Source: a virus (Duplodnaviria; Caudoviricetes). From it: a stretch of DNA of 28,393 bases. The notes beneath the pieces are model-generated. The model was not told the origin of the DNA and searched no databases. It saw only the letters and a program-made list of their open reading frames with translations. Each line of letters begins with the position of its first letter. Position 1 is the stretch's first letter. The position numbers and the translations under genes are program-made. This document shows positions 1 through 6,374 of the stretch, one piece after another. The stretch lies in IMG/VR virus record IMGVR_UViG_3300032144_000034, positions 1-28,393 of that record; one strand, 5' to 3'.

Positions 1-254
1 AGGACCCCAAGAGCGGTCAGTATCCGGTCGCCGGGCCTTATGAGATCAGCGGAAGTGCGAACTGGCACAACAAGCCGGATGCCTGCGTTTCGGTATGGCG
101 TGAGCGCCGGCCGGATGTCAGGACATCCGAGGTCGAGATCCATGTCCAGAAGATCCGCCACAAGTACGTGGGCCGGATAGGCATGGCGAAGCTCGACTGG
201 AACAGGGTCAACGGTCAGTACTCCGACCCAATGGCCTACAGGGATGAGTCGTGA
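1..254 (+). CDS. C-terminal fragment of T7 gp4/Twinkle-like (primase-)helicase, truncated by window start
   Basis: Frame from nt 3 reads DPKSGQYPVAGPYEISGSANWHNKPDACVSVWR...VEIHVQKIRHKYVGRIGMAKLDWNRVNGQY, ending TGA 252-254. YxISGSAxWxNKxD and the VQKxR..G..G segment match the SF4 helicase C-terminus. Not in the ORF track. Confidence 0.85.
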   Translation, partial: DPKSGQYPVAGPYEISGSANWHNKPDACVSVWRERRPDVRTSEVEIHVQKIRHKYVGRIGMAKLDWNRVNGQYSDPMAYRDES

Positions 255-1000
255 TGCCTGACCGCGTCTTTCGTGACGAGCTCCTGCGTTCCGAACGCTA
301 CTGGTCCGTGTCCATCGAGGCGCAGCGGTTGTACGTTCATCTGCTGTTGTGCGCCGATGACACCGCTCGATTCTCGGGCAAGAACTATACCGTTCGCGCC
401 GCCTGCTTTCCGGGTCAAGCCGTCGAGCCCGACAAGCTCGAAAGGCACCTCGCCGAGCTCAACGATGTTGATCTGATCAGGTTGTATTGCGCAGGTGATG
501 AGCGGTTCATCTTCATTCCGAGATTTCGCCAACGACTGCGATTCGTCAAAAGCAAGTATCCGGACCCGCCTAAAGGAATCAGTGACATAGAAGTAGAAAA
601 GTCTGACTTAAGTCAGGCTCAAGACGGGCTTAAGACCGTCGCGAGTCAGGCTCAAGACGGCAGAAGTGAAGAGAAGAGAAGTAAAGCAACACCACGTGCG
701 CCAACTGACGTTGGCTTGGCGGACGGGTTTTCGGAGTTTTGGTCTGCCTACCCCAAGAGGCGCTCGAAGGGCGAAGCCCTGAAGGCGTGGAGGGCATTGA
801 AGCCGAACGAGCAGTTGCGAACCGAGATCCTTGCCGGTTTGCAGCGGGCCATGAACTCGGCTCAGTGGCGAAAGGACGATGGGCAGTTCATCCCCCACCC
901 GGCAACCTGGCTTCGGGCGAAGGGTTGGGAGGACGAGCTGGATCAGACCGACGTGTCGTTTCGGCATGGGCAAGCGCGAGTAGGCGGTTTCGTGCCATGA
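251..1000 (+). CDS. Phage replication initiator / replisome organizer (lambda O-like role)
   Basis: N-terminal wHTH-like region (AQRLYVHLLLCADD..RF) and C-terminal FSEFWSAYPKRRSKGEALKAW...FIPHPATWL..KGWEDE, typical of phage replication proteins. Coupled to the helicase stop (start 251 GTG or 254 ATG). Confidence 0.8.
   Translation: MMPDRVFRDELLRSERYWSVSIEAQRLYVHLLLCADDTARFSGKNYTVRAACFPGQAVEPDKLERHLAELNDVDLIRLYCAGDERFIFIPRFRQRLRFVKSKYPDPPKGISDIEVEKSDLSQAQDGLKTVASQAQDGRSEEKRSKATPRAPTDVGLADGFSEFWSAYPKRRSKGEALKAWRALKPNEQLRTEILAGLQRAMNSAQWRKDDGQFIPHPATWLRAKGWEDELDQTDVSFRHGQARVGGFVP
603..686. repeat. Iteron-like repeat cluster, candidate replication origin inside the initiator gene
   Basis: 17-bp direct repeat AGTCAGGCTCAAGACGG at 611-627 and 644-660. 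GGCTYAAGAC at 616, 627 and 649. Palindrome CTGACTTAAGTCAG 603-616. Purine-rich tract 662-686. Confidence 0.6.
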
Positions 1001-1254
1001 CCCCATCCCGACTCATCACGGCGACCGAAATCCTGGCCGCGAGCAAACCGATGCGGCGCATGAATCGCGAGGAACTGCGCGAGCAAAACAGGCGATGGGA
1101 CGACCCACCGCGGAAATGCTCCACCTGTGGCCGTGAGAAGCCCGCCAGCGAGTTCTACACCGAAGGCGTTCACAACGGCCGGCAGATGTACTCGTACTCC
1201 TGCAAGCCCTGCGTTCGAACGGCTATGGCAATCCGGAGGCTCCATGTCCGTTGA
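997..1254 (+). CDS. Small zinc-finger protein (CxxC...CxxC)
   Basis: ATG 997 overlaps the upstream stop (ATGA). KCSTCGREKPASEFY...SCKPC resembles the zinc module seen N-terminal to phage HNH/EndoVII nucleases. The track start at 739 is unlikely. Confidence 0.65.
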   Translation: MTPSRLITATEILAASKPMRRMNREELREQNRRWDDPPRKCSTCGREKPASEFYTEGVHNGRQMYSYSCKPCVRTAMAIRRLHVR

Positions 1255-1324
1255 ATGGCAATTCTGGCTCCTGATGGCTTTGGCATTCGGTGTCATCGGG
1301 TGGGTACTGGTGAGGTATCGGTGA
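1244..1324 (+). CDS. 26-aa single-pass membrane peptide
   Basis: GGAGG at 1235-1239, ATG 1244, MSVEWQFWLLMALAFGVIGWVLVRYR. Stop overlaps the next GTG. Confidence 0.55.
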   Translation: MSVEWQFWLLMALAFGVIGWVLVRYR

Positions 1325-1596
1325 GATCCACTGCCCACATGTTCCGCGTCAAGAGCCTGCCTTGCGTCCTTTGTTCGAGGCTTGGCCGGGAGCAGACGAG
1401 CGTCACGGATGCCCATCACTTCACCGTCGGGCGAGCCAAGGGCACCAAGAACGACGACATGCTGACGTTGGCTCTGTGCCACGACGACTGCCACCAGGGT
1501 AGCCAAGGCATTCACGGGGACCGGACGCTGCTGCGTATCGCCAAGGTCGACGAACAGGATTTGCTGGCTGACACGCTCAGGAGCTTGTACGCATGA
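1321..1596 (+). CDS. Ref-like / DUF968-like HNH-fold nuclease
   Basis: HMFRVKSLPCVLC...DAHH...TLALCHDDCHQGSQGIHG pattern. GTG 1321 overlaps the upstream stop (GTGA). Confidence 0.75.
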   Translation: MRSTAHMFRVKSLPCVLCSRLGREQTSVTDAHHFTVGRAKGTKNDDMLTLALCHDDCHQGSQGIHGDRTLLRIAKVDEQDLLADTLRSLYA

Positions 1597-1769
1597 GCAT
1601 CGACGACGCCCTGATCTACTGCGAGAAGTGTATTGCTCGGGCTAACAACCGGCGGACGGAGGGCAGACATGAGGAGTGCCGCCTAGCGCTGGAAGACCTC
1701 AAGTACTACACGAAACAGGCGTTGCAGTTGTTGGAGAGCGAGCATCAGAAAATACGGCCGCAAGGATAA
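1593..1769 (+). CDS. Hypothetical protein, 58 aa
   Basis: ATGA overlap with the previous gene. MSIDDALIYCEKCIARANNRR...KIRPQG, TAA 1767-1769. Below the track cutoff. Confidence 0.55.
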   Translation: MSIDDALIYCEKCIARANNRRTEGRHEECRLALEDLKYYTKQALQLLESEHQKIRPQG

Positions 1770-2061
1770 GAACCATGCACAGATCGTCACCGAGTTTCAG
1801 CGACTGGGATGTTCCGTACTCGATCTATCCCCCATGGGTGGTGGATGCCCCGACATTTTGGTTGCTTTCTTTGGCCGTCTGGCTCTGGTGGAGATCAAGA
1901 ACGGAGAGAAACCGCCCAGCGCAAGACGACTCACCGATGACCAGGTCAAGTTCTGGAATGGCTGGAAGTCGAATCCCAGGATTGTGAAGAACCTGGACGA
2001 GGTCAGGGAGTGTGTTGAAGGACTGGAGCGCGAGATAGAAATGCTAAGGAGAGCGGTATGA
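1744..2061 (+). CDS. VRR-NUC-like PD-(D/E)xK nuclease / putative resolvase (start uncertain)
   Basis: RKYGRKDKNHAQIVTEFQRLGCSVLDLSPMGGGCPDILVAF..RLALVEIKNGEKPPSARRLTDDQVKF contains PD...ExK. The homology-like region extends ~30 codons upstream of ATG 1834. Confidence 0.75.
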   Translation: MRKYGRKDKNHAQIVTEFQRLGCSVLDLSPMGGGCPDILVAFFGRLALVEIKNGEKPPSARRLTDDQVKFWNGWKSNPRIVKNLDEVRECVEGLEREIEMLRRAV

Positions 2062-2216
2062 AGATCACGATTGGTACGTGTGAAGCTTGCAAGGGACCGG
2101 TTCAGGTGCCGGTGGTGTGGTTCGGGATTATTCCGCCTGTGCCTACCTGCGGATGTTGCGGTGCTGTGGCCAAGCAGAGTTACGGCCCGGTAATCCCCAT
2201 GGAGCCGACCAAATGA
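2058..2216 (+). CDS. Small zinc-ribbon protein, 52 aa
   Basis: AAGGAG SD, ATGA overlaps at both ends. MKITIGTCEACKGPVQVPVVWFGIIPPVPTCGCCGAVAKQSYGPVIPMEPTK. Confidence 0.65.
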   Translation: MKITIGTCEACKGPVQVPVVWFGIIPPVPTCGCCGAVAKQSYGPVIPMEPTK

Positions 2217-2476
2217 ACCGTCGAGGATTCCTAGGAGCAATCCTAGCCGCTGGTGTAGCGCCTGCAATCGTGCGGGCAGAGAGCCTGATGAAGATCGTCG
2301 TGCCGAGGCAGGAGCTGATCCTGCCGGGGATGTTTGCATGCTTTCCGAGGCCACTATCGGCTCCGGAGTTCTCGTTGCTGCACGAAGCTATCAAGAGTCG
2401 GCAATTCTCCGGGACAGTGGCGATGCTGGGCGGTCAAATGAAGGTATTCGACGGTCAGGACTGGATCGCGATTTGA
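2213..2476 (+). CDS. Protein with twin-arginine (Tat) signal-like N-terminus
   Basis: ATG 2213 after GGAG. MNRRGFLGAILAAGVAPAIVRA-ES: RRxFL, hydrophobic core and VRA cleavage-like site. Confidence 0.65.
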   Translation: MNRRGFLGAILAAGVAPAIVRAESLMKIVVPRQELILPGMFACFPRPLSAPEFSLLHEAIKSRQFSGTVAMLGGQMKVFDGQDWIAI

Positions 2477-2937
2477 TGCGAGAAAGCATCGCTACGGCTT
2501 TGTACGACGGCCTTGGAGACGAGCCGGAGAAATCCACCCCCGTTACCCGCTTGGCAGCGTTTGCGGGCGCCAGCAGGCTAGGAACCGCCCTCTGGAGACT
2601 CAAGTACGCCAAGGACCTGACCTCGTACAACACAGCCCTGTTACTCCTCGTTAAGAAGCTTCCCAAAACCCTGACACGCTCCTACCGAACCAAGATTGTT
2701 GCCCAAGCCCTACAGGAGTGGTACGACGAGACCTGCCGAACCTGTTTAGGGGTAAGACACGTCATGGTCGAGGACAAGAAAGTACTGTGTGCAGCATGTG
2801 ACGGATTGGGGAAACATCGGTATAGCGACAGGGAGCGAGCAGGACTGAGCGGAAACTGGCTAGCAGAGTGCTCCAAGATCATCAGCGAGCACGATATCGA
2901 GACGGATGTACGGACTAGGGAGAGGCTGGAGCGATGA
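2476..2937 (+). CDS. Lambda Q-like late antitermination protein
   Basis: TGATG coupling at 2474-2478. LWRLKYA...ALQEWYDETCRTCLG...CAACDGLGKHRYSDRERA zinc finger. Position at the end of the nin-like region. Confidence 0.65.
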   Translation: MRESIATALYDGLGDEPEKSTPVTRLAAFAGASRLGTALWRLKYAKDLTSYNTALLLLVKKLPKTLTRSYRTKIVAQALQEWYDETCRTCLGVRHVMVEDKKVLCAACDGLGKHRYSDRERAGLSGNWLAECSKIISEHDIETDVRTRERLER

Positions 2938-3221
2938 AGACTGCCATCTACATCGAGGACGGGGTAGTACAGCTAGTCCTGACCGGGGAGAACGAGTTCG
3001 AGCGCAACGCACTGGGGACATTCGAGAAGAGTCCCATGAGCGCAGAACTGTTCACCGGCACCTTCTACGACTGTAGGGGAGGCTGGACGCGGCAGAGCGA
3101 TTGGTGGCCCACGCAATACCAATGGGACCGCAGCAAGGAGCCGCAAAGCCTAATCATCCGCATGGCCAAGAGGGAGCCAGAAGTGCAAATAGTGGTGGAC
3201 AAACCGTTGGAATCAGCGTAG
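2934..3221 (+). CDS. Hypothetical phage protein
   Basis: ATGA overlap, 95 aa, MKTAIYIEDGVVQLVLTGENEFE. Confidence 0.65.
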   Translation: MKTAIYIEDGVVQLVLTGENEFERNALGTFEKSPMSAELFTGTFYDCRGGWTRQSDWWPTQYQWDRSKEPQSLIIRMAKREPEVQIVVDKPLESA

Positions 3222-3380
3222 AAGTGATCCTGAGACCATCCAAATATACCAAGTCGGTCTCGGGCCATACGACGGCGTCGTTCGCCCTGAAGAATCGCGG
3301 TGCTGGTGAACACGAGTATATACGTGACAAACGCAGCAATTTGGACTACTTTCCCTGTGCGTGACAGGTCGGACAAAGTG

Positions 3381-3410
3381 AAAAAGCCCCGCTATTTGCG
3401 AGGCTTCTTC
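3381..3410. terminator. Possibly bidirectional intrinsic terminator
   Basis: AAAAAGCCCCGC-TATTT-GCGAGGCTTCTTC hairpin with one mismatch. A-run on the left (U-tract on the minus strand), TTCTTC on the right. Confidence 0.5.
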
Positions 3411-3544
3411 GGTTTTGGCTGCGGTGGCACTTTCTTGGGCGCTGGCGGTGTTGCTAGCAGCCTTGCGAGGACTGCATCCTCGTCCGGTAGCTGCTCTGTG
3501 GGCGGTGAGGGCTGTTTAGCGGGCTTTGCGGGTTTGGTTGCCAT
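3392..3544 (-). CDS. Small Pro/Lys-rich protein, 50 aa
   Basis: MATKPAKPAKQPSPPTEQLPDEDAVLARLLATPPAPKKVPPQPKPKKPRK. Its TAG lies within the terminator hairpin. Not in the track. Confidence 0.55.
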   Translation of the reverse strand: MATKPAKPAKQPSPPTEQLPDEDAVLARLLATPPAPKKVPPQPKPKKPRK

Positions 3545-3560
3545 GGGTGGAGTTTAGGCC

Positions 3561-3761
3561 ATGGGTGCGGTGGAGATCACGCCGGAGATGGTTAGGGCTG
3601 GTTTGGGTGCTCTGTATGCGTCTGACTATGGCTCTCCGATTCCGTCTCACTCGGATCAGGAGGTCGTTTCCCGAATTTATCTTGCAATGACTCTTGAATC
3701 GCTACCCAAAGCCGTAGCAGATTCGACTGATGATCCGAAAAGCGGCGGGCAACCTCCATGA
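3561..3761 (+). CDS. Hypothetical protein, 66 aa (overlaps the HEPN gene 3' end)
   Basis: GGAG at 3549-3552 before ATG. VEITPEMVRAG...VVSRIYLAM pattern is common in small phage proteins. The 170-nt antisense overlap lowers confidence. Confidence 0.45.
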   Translation: MGAVEITPEMVRAGLGALYASDYGSPIPSHSDQEVVSRIYLAMTLESLPKAVADSTDDPKSGGQPP

Positions 3762-4155
3762 CTTCGCTTGCTTTCATGGTGTGGTTTCCCCGTTTGACCG
3801 TGGCGTTTCGGCCCGCATTGAGATCGGCAAGCAAGGACTGCAGCGAGAGCTTTCCTTTCGATTCCCATGAACCGTGGATTACCGTATTTCGCAAGCTGTT
3901 GTCAGTTGTGATGCGTGAGTACAGATCCTCGAATGCGTCTGCTTGTTCCTTGTCCGGTATTACCGGCAAGACAAGTGTTCTCATTATTCTCAACTTCATT
4001 GCGAACATCTTTCCATCCAGTAGAAGCTCTGCGACGCGCTTGTCGCAGACGTCCTCGACGATGGCCTCGATGCAAAACTCCAGCATCGTGGACTCGAAAG
4101 CGAGGCAACCAATAGCCTTTAGCTGTTCGTTGGAGAACATGAATTCGCTGATCAT
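3592..4155 (-). CDS. HEPN-motif protein, putative RNase
   Basis: R-x4-H motif (LRNTVIHGSW) plus N-terminal helix KAIGCLAFESTMLE with an acidic residue. Appears mostly helical, 187 aa. Confidence 0.65.
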   Translation of the reverse strand: MISEFMFSNEQLKAIGCLAFESTMLEFCIEAIVEDVCDKRVAELLLDGKMFAMKLRIMRTLVLPVIPDKEQADAFEDLYSRITTDNSLRNTVIHGSWESKGKLSLQSLLADLNAGRNATVKRGNHTMKASEVMEVARRFSDHQSNLLRLWVAIQESLQDKFGKRPPDPSETESESHSQTHTEHPNQP

Positions 4156-4170
4156 GAGCGACGATACTCG

Positions 4171-4389
4171 ATGAGTGTCTACTGGCTTGCGGAATGTTCA
4201 AGGTGCAACGAATTGCAGGCGCTTGAATCAGGTCAACCTATCCCTGCTTGCCGGTTCTGTGGTGGGGCTTTAGTTCTGCAAGTACAGCGTCACGTTCTTT
4301 CGGCGGCACATCCAGAAGAAACGCGAGACTACTGCCGCAAGGGCCTACAAGCCCCCGTAACTCAGAGGCCAGAGTGCCCGCCTGTCTAG
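4171..4389 (+). CDS. Possible zinc-ribbon protein overlapping the tRNA 5' half
   Basis: CSRC...CRFCGG. The last 13 codons run into the tRNA. Confidence 0.35.
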   Translation: MSVYWLAECSRCNELQALESGQPIPACRFCGGALVLQVQRHVLSAAHPEETRDYCRKGLQAPVTQRPECPPV

Positions 4390-4426
4390 CGGGAAGCCGC
4401 CGGTTCGATTCCGGTCGAGGGCGCCA
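4351..4426 (+). tRNA. tRNA-Asp(GUC) with encoded CCA
   Basis: Acceptor GCCCCCG/CGAGGGC (one C-A mismatch), D arm ACTC/GAGT, anticodon arm CCCGC-CTGTCTA-GCGGG, T arm GCCGG-TTCGATT-CCGGT, discriminator G, CCA. 76 nt. Confidence 0.92.
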
Positions 4427-4585
4427 TTAGAACTCCATCGTCGGCGGACACATGCCCCGAGTCATGATATTTACAGTCTGTCCTGACACGGTATAGGTAC
4501 ATTGCCACCCCATCTGGCCACCGGGAAGAACAACAGGGGTCGAGCCGATCAGGATGCCGAGGACTGCGGAAAGCAGGATAGTCAT
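4427..4585 (-). CDS. Small protein with hydrophobic N-terminus and a Cys pair, 52 aa
   Basis: MTILLSAVLGILIGSTPVVLPGGQMGWQCTYTVSGQTVNIMTRGMCPPTMEF. ATGA overlap with the upstream minus gene; stop abuts the tRNA CCA. Confidence 0.6.
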   Translation of the reverse strand: MTILLSAVLGILIGSTPVVLPGGQMGWQCTYTVSGQTVNIMTRGMCPPTMEF

Positions 4586-4803
4586 GGAATCTCCAGTCTA
4601 GAGAGTGCTAGCTTTGCGGGAACGGGAGAGTCTTGCAGGGCTAGCACAGCCTGAAGACACCATTCAATAGTTTGGGTATGGCTACGGCCTTGCGAGAGGG
4701 CCTGTAGCGCATTCGTAGCCTCCGGGGATAGCCAGAGGTTAAGCCTCCGCCCGCCGCGCTCTACAAGCCGCTGGCGGGACTTGGCTACGTATTTACCGGT
4801 CAT
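4582..4803 (-). CDS. Putative ribbon-helix-helix-like DNA-binding protein
   Basis: MTGKYVAKSRQRLVERGGRRLNLWLSPEATNALQAL...TQTIEWCL: basic arm, alternating strand, two helices. ATG 4803 preferred over the track start 4872. Confidence 0.55.
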   Translation of the reverse strand: MTGKYVAKSRQRLVERGGRRLNLWLSPEATNALQALSQGRSHTQTIEWCLQAVLALQDSPVPAKLALSRLEIP

Positions 4804-5296
4804 GCTGTGCTTTGCTTCGCAAAAAAGCTTCACTCTGAGAAATCCCGCTTTCTCGTAACTCCCGTCCATCACGGGAGTAATAACGGACGTTGGCCCATGT
4901 CTTAGCTAAGGCATTAGCGGCATCTGTTGCGTACTCTTTTTTCGGCCATGCCCATGCCACGCGGTCACGCATGTGTTGCGGAATCCATGCGGCTCGAAAG
5001 TTAACCAGTCTTTTGTAATTGGTGAACTTTTGGACATAGCGCCCGGACTTGCTCAGTCCAGAAACAAACGGGCATAAGGCATCGCCATTGCAATAGTGAA
5101 TCCAGACCTTTGTCCCAGTCCGCAGCACTCTGTCGCTTTTTACGTTTGCCACTATCCCGTAAGCGAGTTCATCAAGCATTGCTGATGTATACGAAGTTGT
5201 ACGTATAAATGCCTAGAAACGGTTACAGGAACAGCTCTGATGCTCCGACTCTACAAGCCGCTGGCGGGACTTGGCTACGTGTTTAGCGGTCATGCT
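4759..5296. repeat. 48-bp direct repeats (4759-4806 and 5249-5296) bracketing one gene
   Basis: CTCTACAAGCCGCTGGCGGGACTTGGCTACGT(A/G)TTTA(C/G)CGGTCATGCT, 46/48 identical, 490 bp apart. Confidence 0.95.
4793..5179 (-). CDS. Hypothetical protein, 128 aa
   Basis: Open frame with plausible composition, lying between the direct repeats. Confidence 0.65.
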   Translation of the reverse strand: MLDELAYGIVANVKSDRVLRTGTKVWIHYCNGDALCPFVSGLSKSGRYVQKFTNYKRLVNFRAAWIPQHMRDRVAWAWPKKEYATDAANALAKTWANVRYYSRDGRELRESGISQSEAFLRSKAQHDR

Positions 5297-5468
5297 TGCC
5301 AGGCCAGTCATGCAGAGTATTGAGTCCGTCTTTGAAGCGCCAGATAAAAGGGGCAGAGTCGGCTCCGCTGTCAAACGACATCCAGCACAGATTGCCCTCG
5401 GTTCTGATGACTGTGCCGGTTTCGTGTCCCTTGTATGTGATTCGATCGCCTGGGCGCGGGGAGTTCAT
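5283..5468 (-). CDS. Small SH3/KOW-like hypothetical protein
   Basis: PRPGDRITYKGHETGTVIRTEGNLCW. TAATG coupling to the upstream gene. Confidence 0.6.
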   Translation of the reverse strand: MNSPRPGDRITYKGHETGTVIRTEGNLCWMSFDSGADSAPFIWRFKDGLNTLHDWPGKHDR

Positions 5469-5686
5469 TAGGCTGCCTCGCGAGCGGTAACAATCGGGGC
5501 CATGCTATAGCTGCCCCAAGGCTTGACACACTCCGAGCCGTCATAGAACGAACCGATACGGAGGGTCTTGCCGTCGGCGGTCTTGATCGTCTTGGCGGTC
5601 CTGCTGACCACGGACACGCGGATGATGCAGTCGTGATCGCCAATGCTGCGGGTCTGGTAGGTCTTGCCGGCTTCGAACTTGTTCAT
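5468..5686 (-). CDS. Hypothetical phage protein, 72 aa
   Basis: AGGGAG SD. MNKFEAGKTYQTRSIGDHDCI..VVSRTAKTI...PWGSYSMAPI. Confidence 0.75.
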   Translation of the reverse strand: MNKFEAGKTYQTRSIGDHDCIIRVSVVSRTAKTIKTADGKTLRIGSFYDGSECVKPWGSYSMAPIVTAREAA

Positions 5687-5736
5687 CTCTATCTCCCTAG
5701 TTAAGCCCTGTTAGGCCCATTTCTGGGCCGGTCTGG

Positions 5737-5907
5737 TTAGCGGTAGATCCAGAATCCTTGCTTGATCCCGTCGGCTGCCAGATTCGCGGAGACGGTGGAG
5801 AAGCAGAGAGTCCCGCGCTGGGACTTGGCAAACCGGAAGGAAGTCTTGGCGATGCACTTGCCGACCACGATCCCTGCGATGTGCTGGAGGTTGTCTCGGA
5901 TGTTCAT
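5737..5907 (-). CDS. Hypothetical protein, 56 aa
   Basis: AAGGGAG SD. MNIRDNLQHIAGIVVGKCIAKTSFRFAKSQRG...GFWIYR. First gene after the leftward promoter; not in the track. Confidence 0.65.
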   Translation of the reverse strand: MNIRDNLQHIAGIVVGKCIAKTSFRFAKSQRGTLCFSTVSANLAADGIKQGFWIYR

Positions 5908-5953
5908 TTGTCGCTCCCTTGTTAAGCCCTGCTAAGTGCAGTGCATGGGAGAC

Positions 5954-5982
5954 ATTAGGCGCCTAACATGAGAGATAGTCAA
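5954..5982 (-). promoter_or_regulatory. Leftward sigma70-type promoter with palindromic operator
   Basis: Minus strand TTGACT (5982-5977), 17 nt, CCTAAT (5959-5954). Perfect palindrome TTAGGCGCCTAA 5955-5966 overlaps the -10. Confidence 0.6.
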
Positions 5983-6031
5983 TACCCCAACGAAAGAAAG
6001 TTGATAAGTCCTTGAAACGAGGCCGATCAAT

Positions 6032-6214
6032 TTGCAAATCTGGATAGTCCAGCGCAGAGCTAACTCAAGTCCATTCCTGGACAACGAACTACAGCCCAAC
6101 TGCGAGAAACTCGGGAAGATACAGGCACGTACCTACAACGACGCATGGAAGATATGGGAGCGGATGAACGAGGCGAGCGAGTTCACAAACGTGAGGGTGC
6201 TGAACCGTGGCTGA
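6032..6214 (+). CDS. Hypothetical protein, 60 aa
   Basis: TTG start after GAGG; 8-nt overlap with the next ORF. Confidence 0.5.
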   Translation: MQIWIVQRRANSSPFLDNELQPNCEKLGKIQARTYNDAWKIWERMNEASEFTNVRVLNRG

Positions 6215-6374
6215 CGCCTACGAACAATTCCAATGGCTCAAGGCCCGCAAACGCTCCACAGGACACGCTGAGATGACCCAGGAAGACCTGGATGCGTGGC
6301 TAGAGCTGGTAGGCCCGGCTAAACCCCACACAGGCCCTACCGAGCCCATACAGGACGTATGGAGGGATCTGTGA
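6207..6374 (+). CDS. Hypothetical protein, 55 aa
   Basis: GTG start after GAGGG. MADAYEQFQWLKARKRSTGHAEMTQEDLDAWLELVG...VWRDL. Confidence 0.5.
   Translation: MADAYEQFQWLKARKRSTGHAEMTQEDLDAWLELVGPAKPHTGPTEPIQDVWRDL

Noticed and set aside
5188-5207. TATACGAAGTTGT, 12/13 match to one loxP arm
   Set aside because: No partner arm at the 8-bp spacer position and no recombinase in the window; probably chance, although a TATACG-N8-CGTATA inverted repeat exists.
4759-5934. Repeats as a CRISPR array or att sites
   Set aside because: Only two copies each, spacing of 221-490 bp, gene-junction content, and no cas or integrase.
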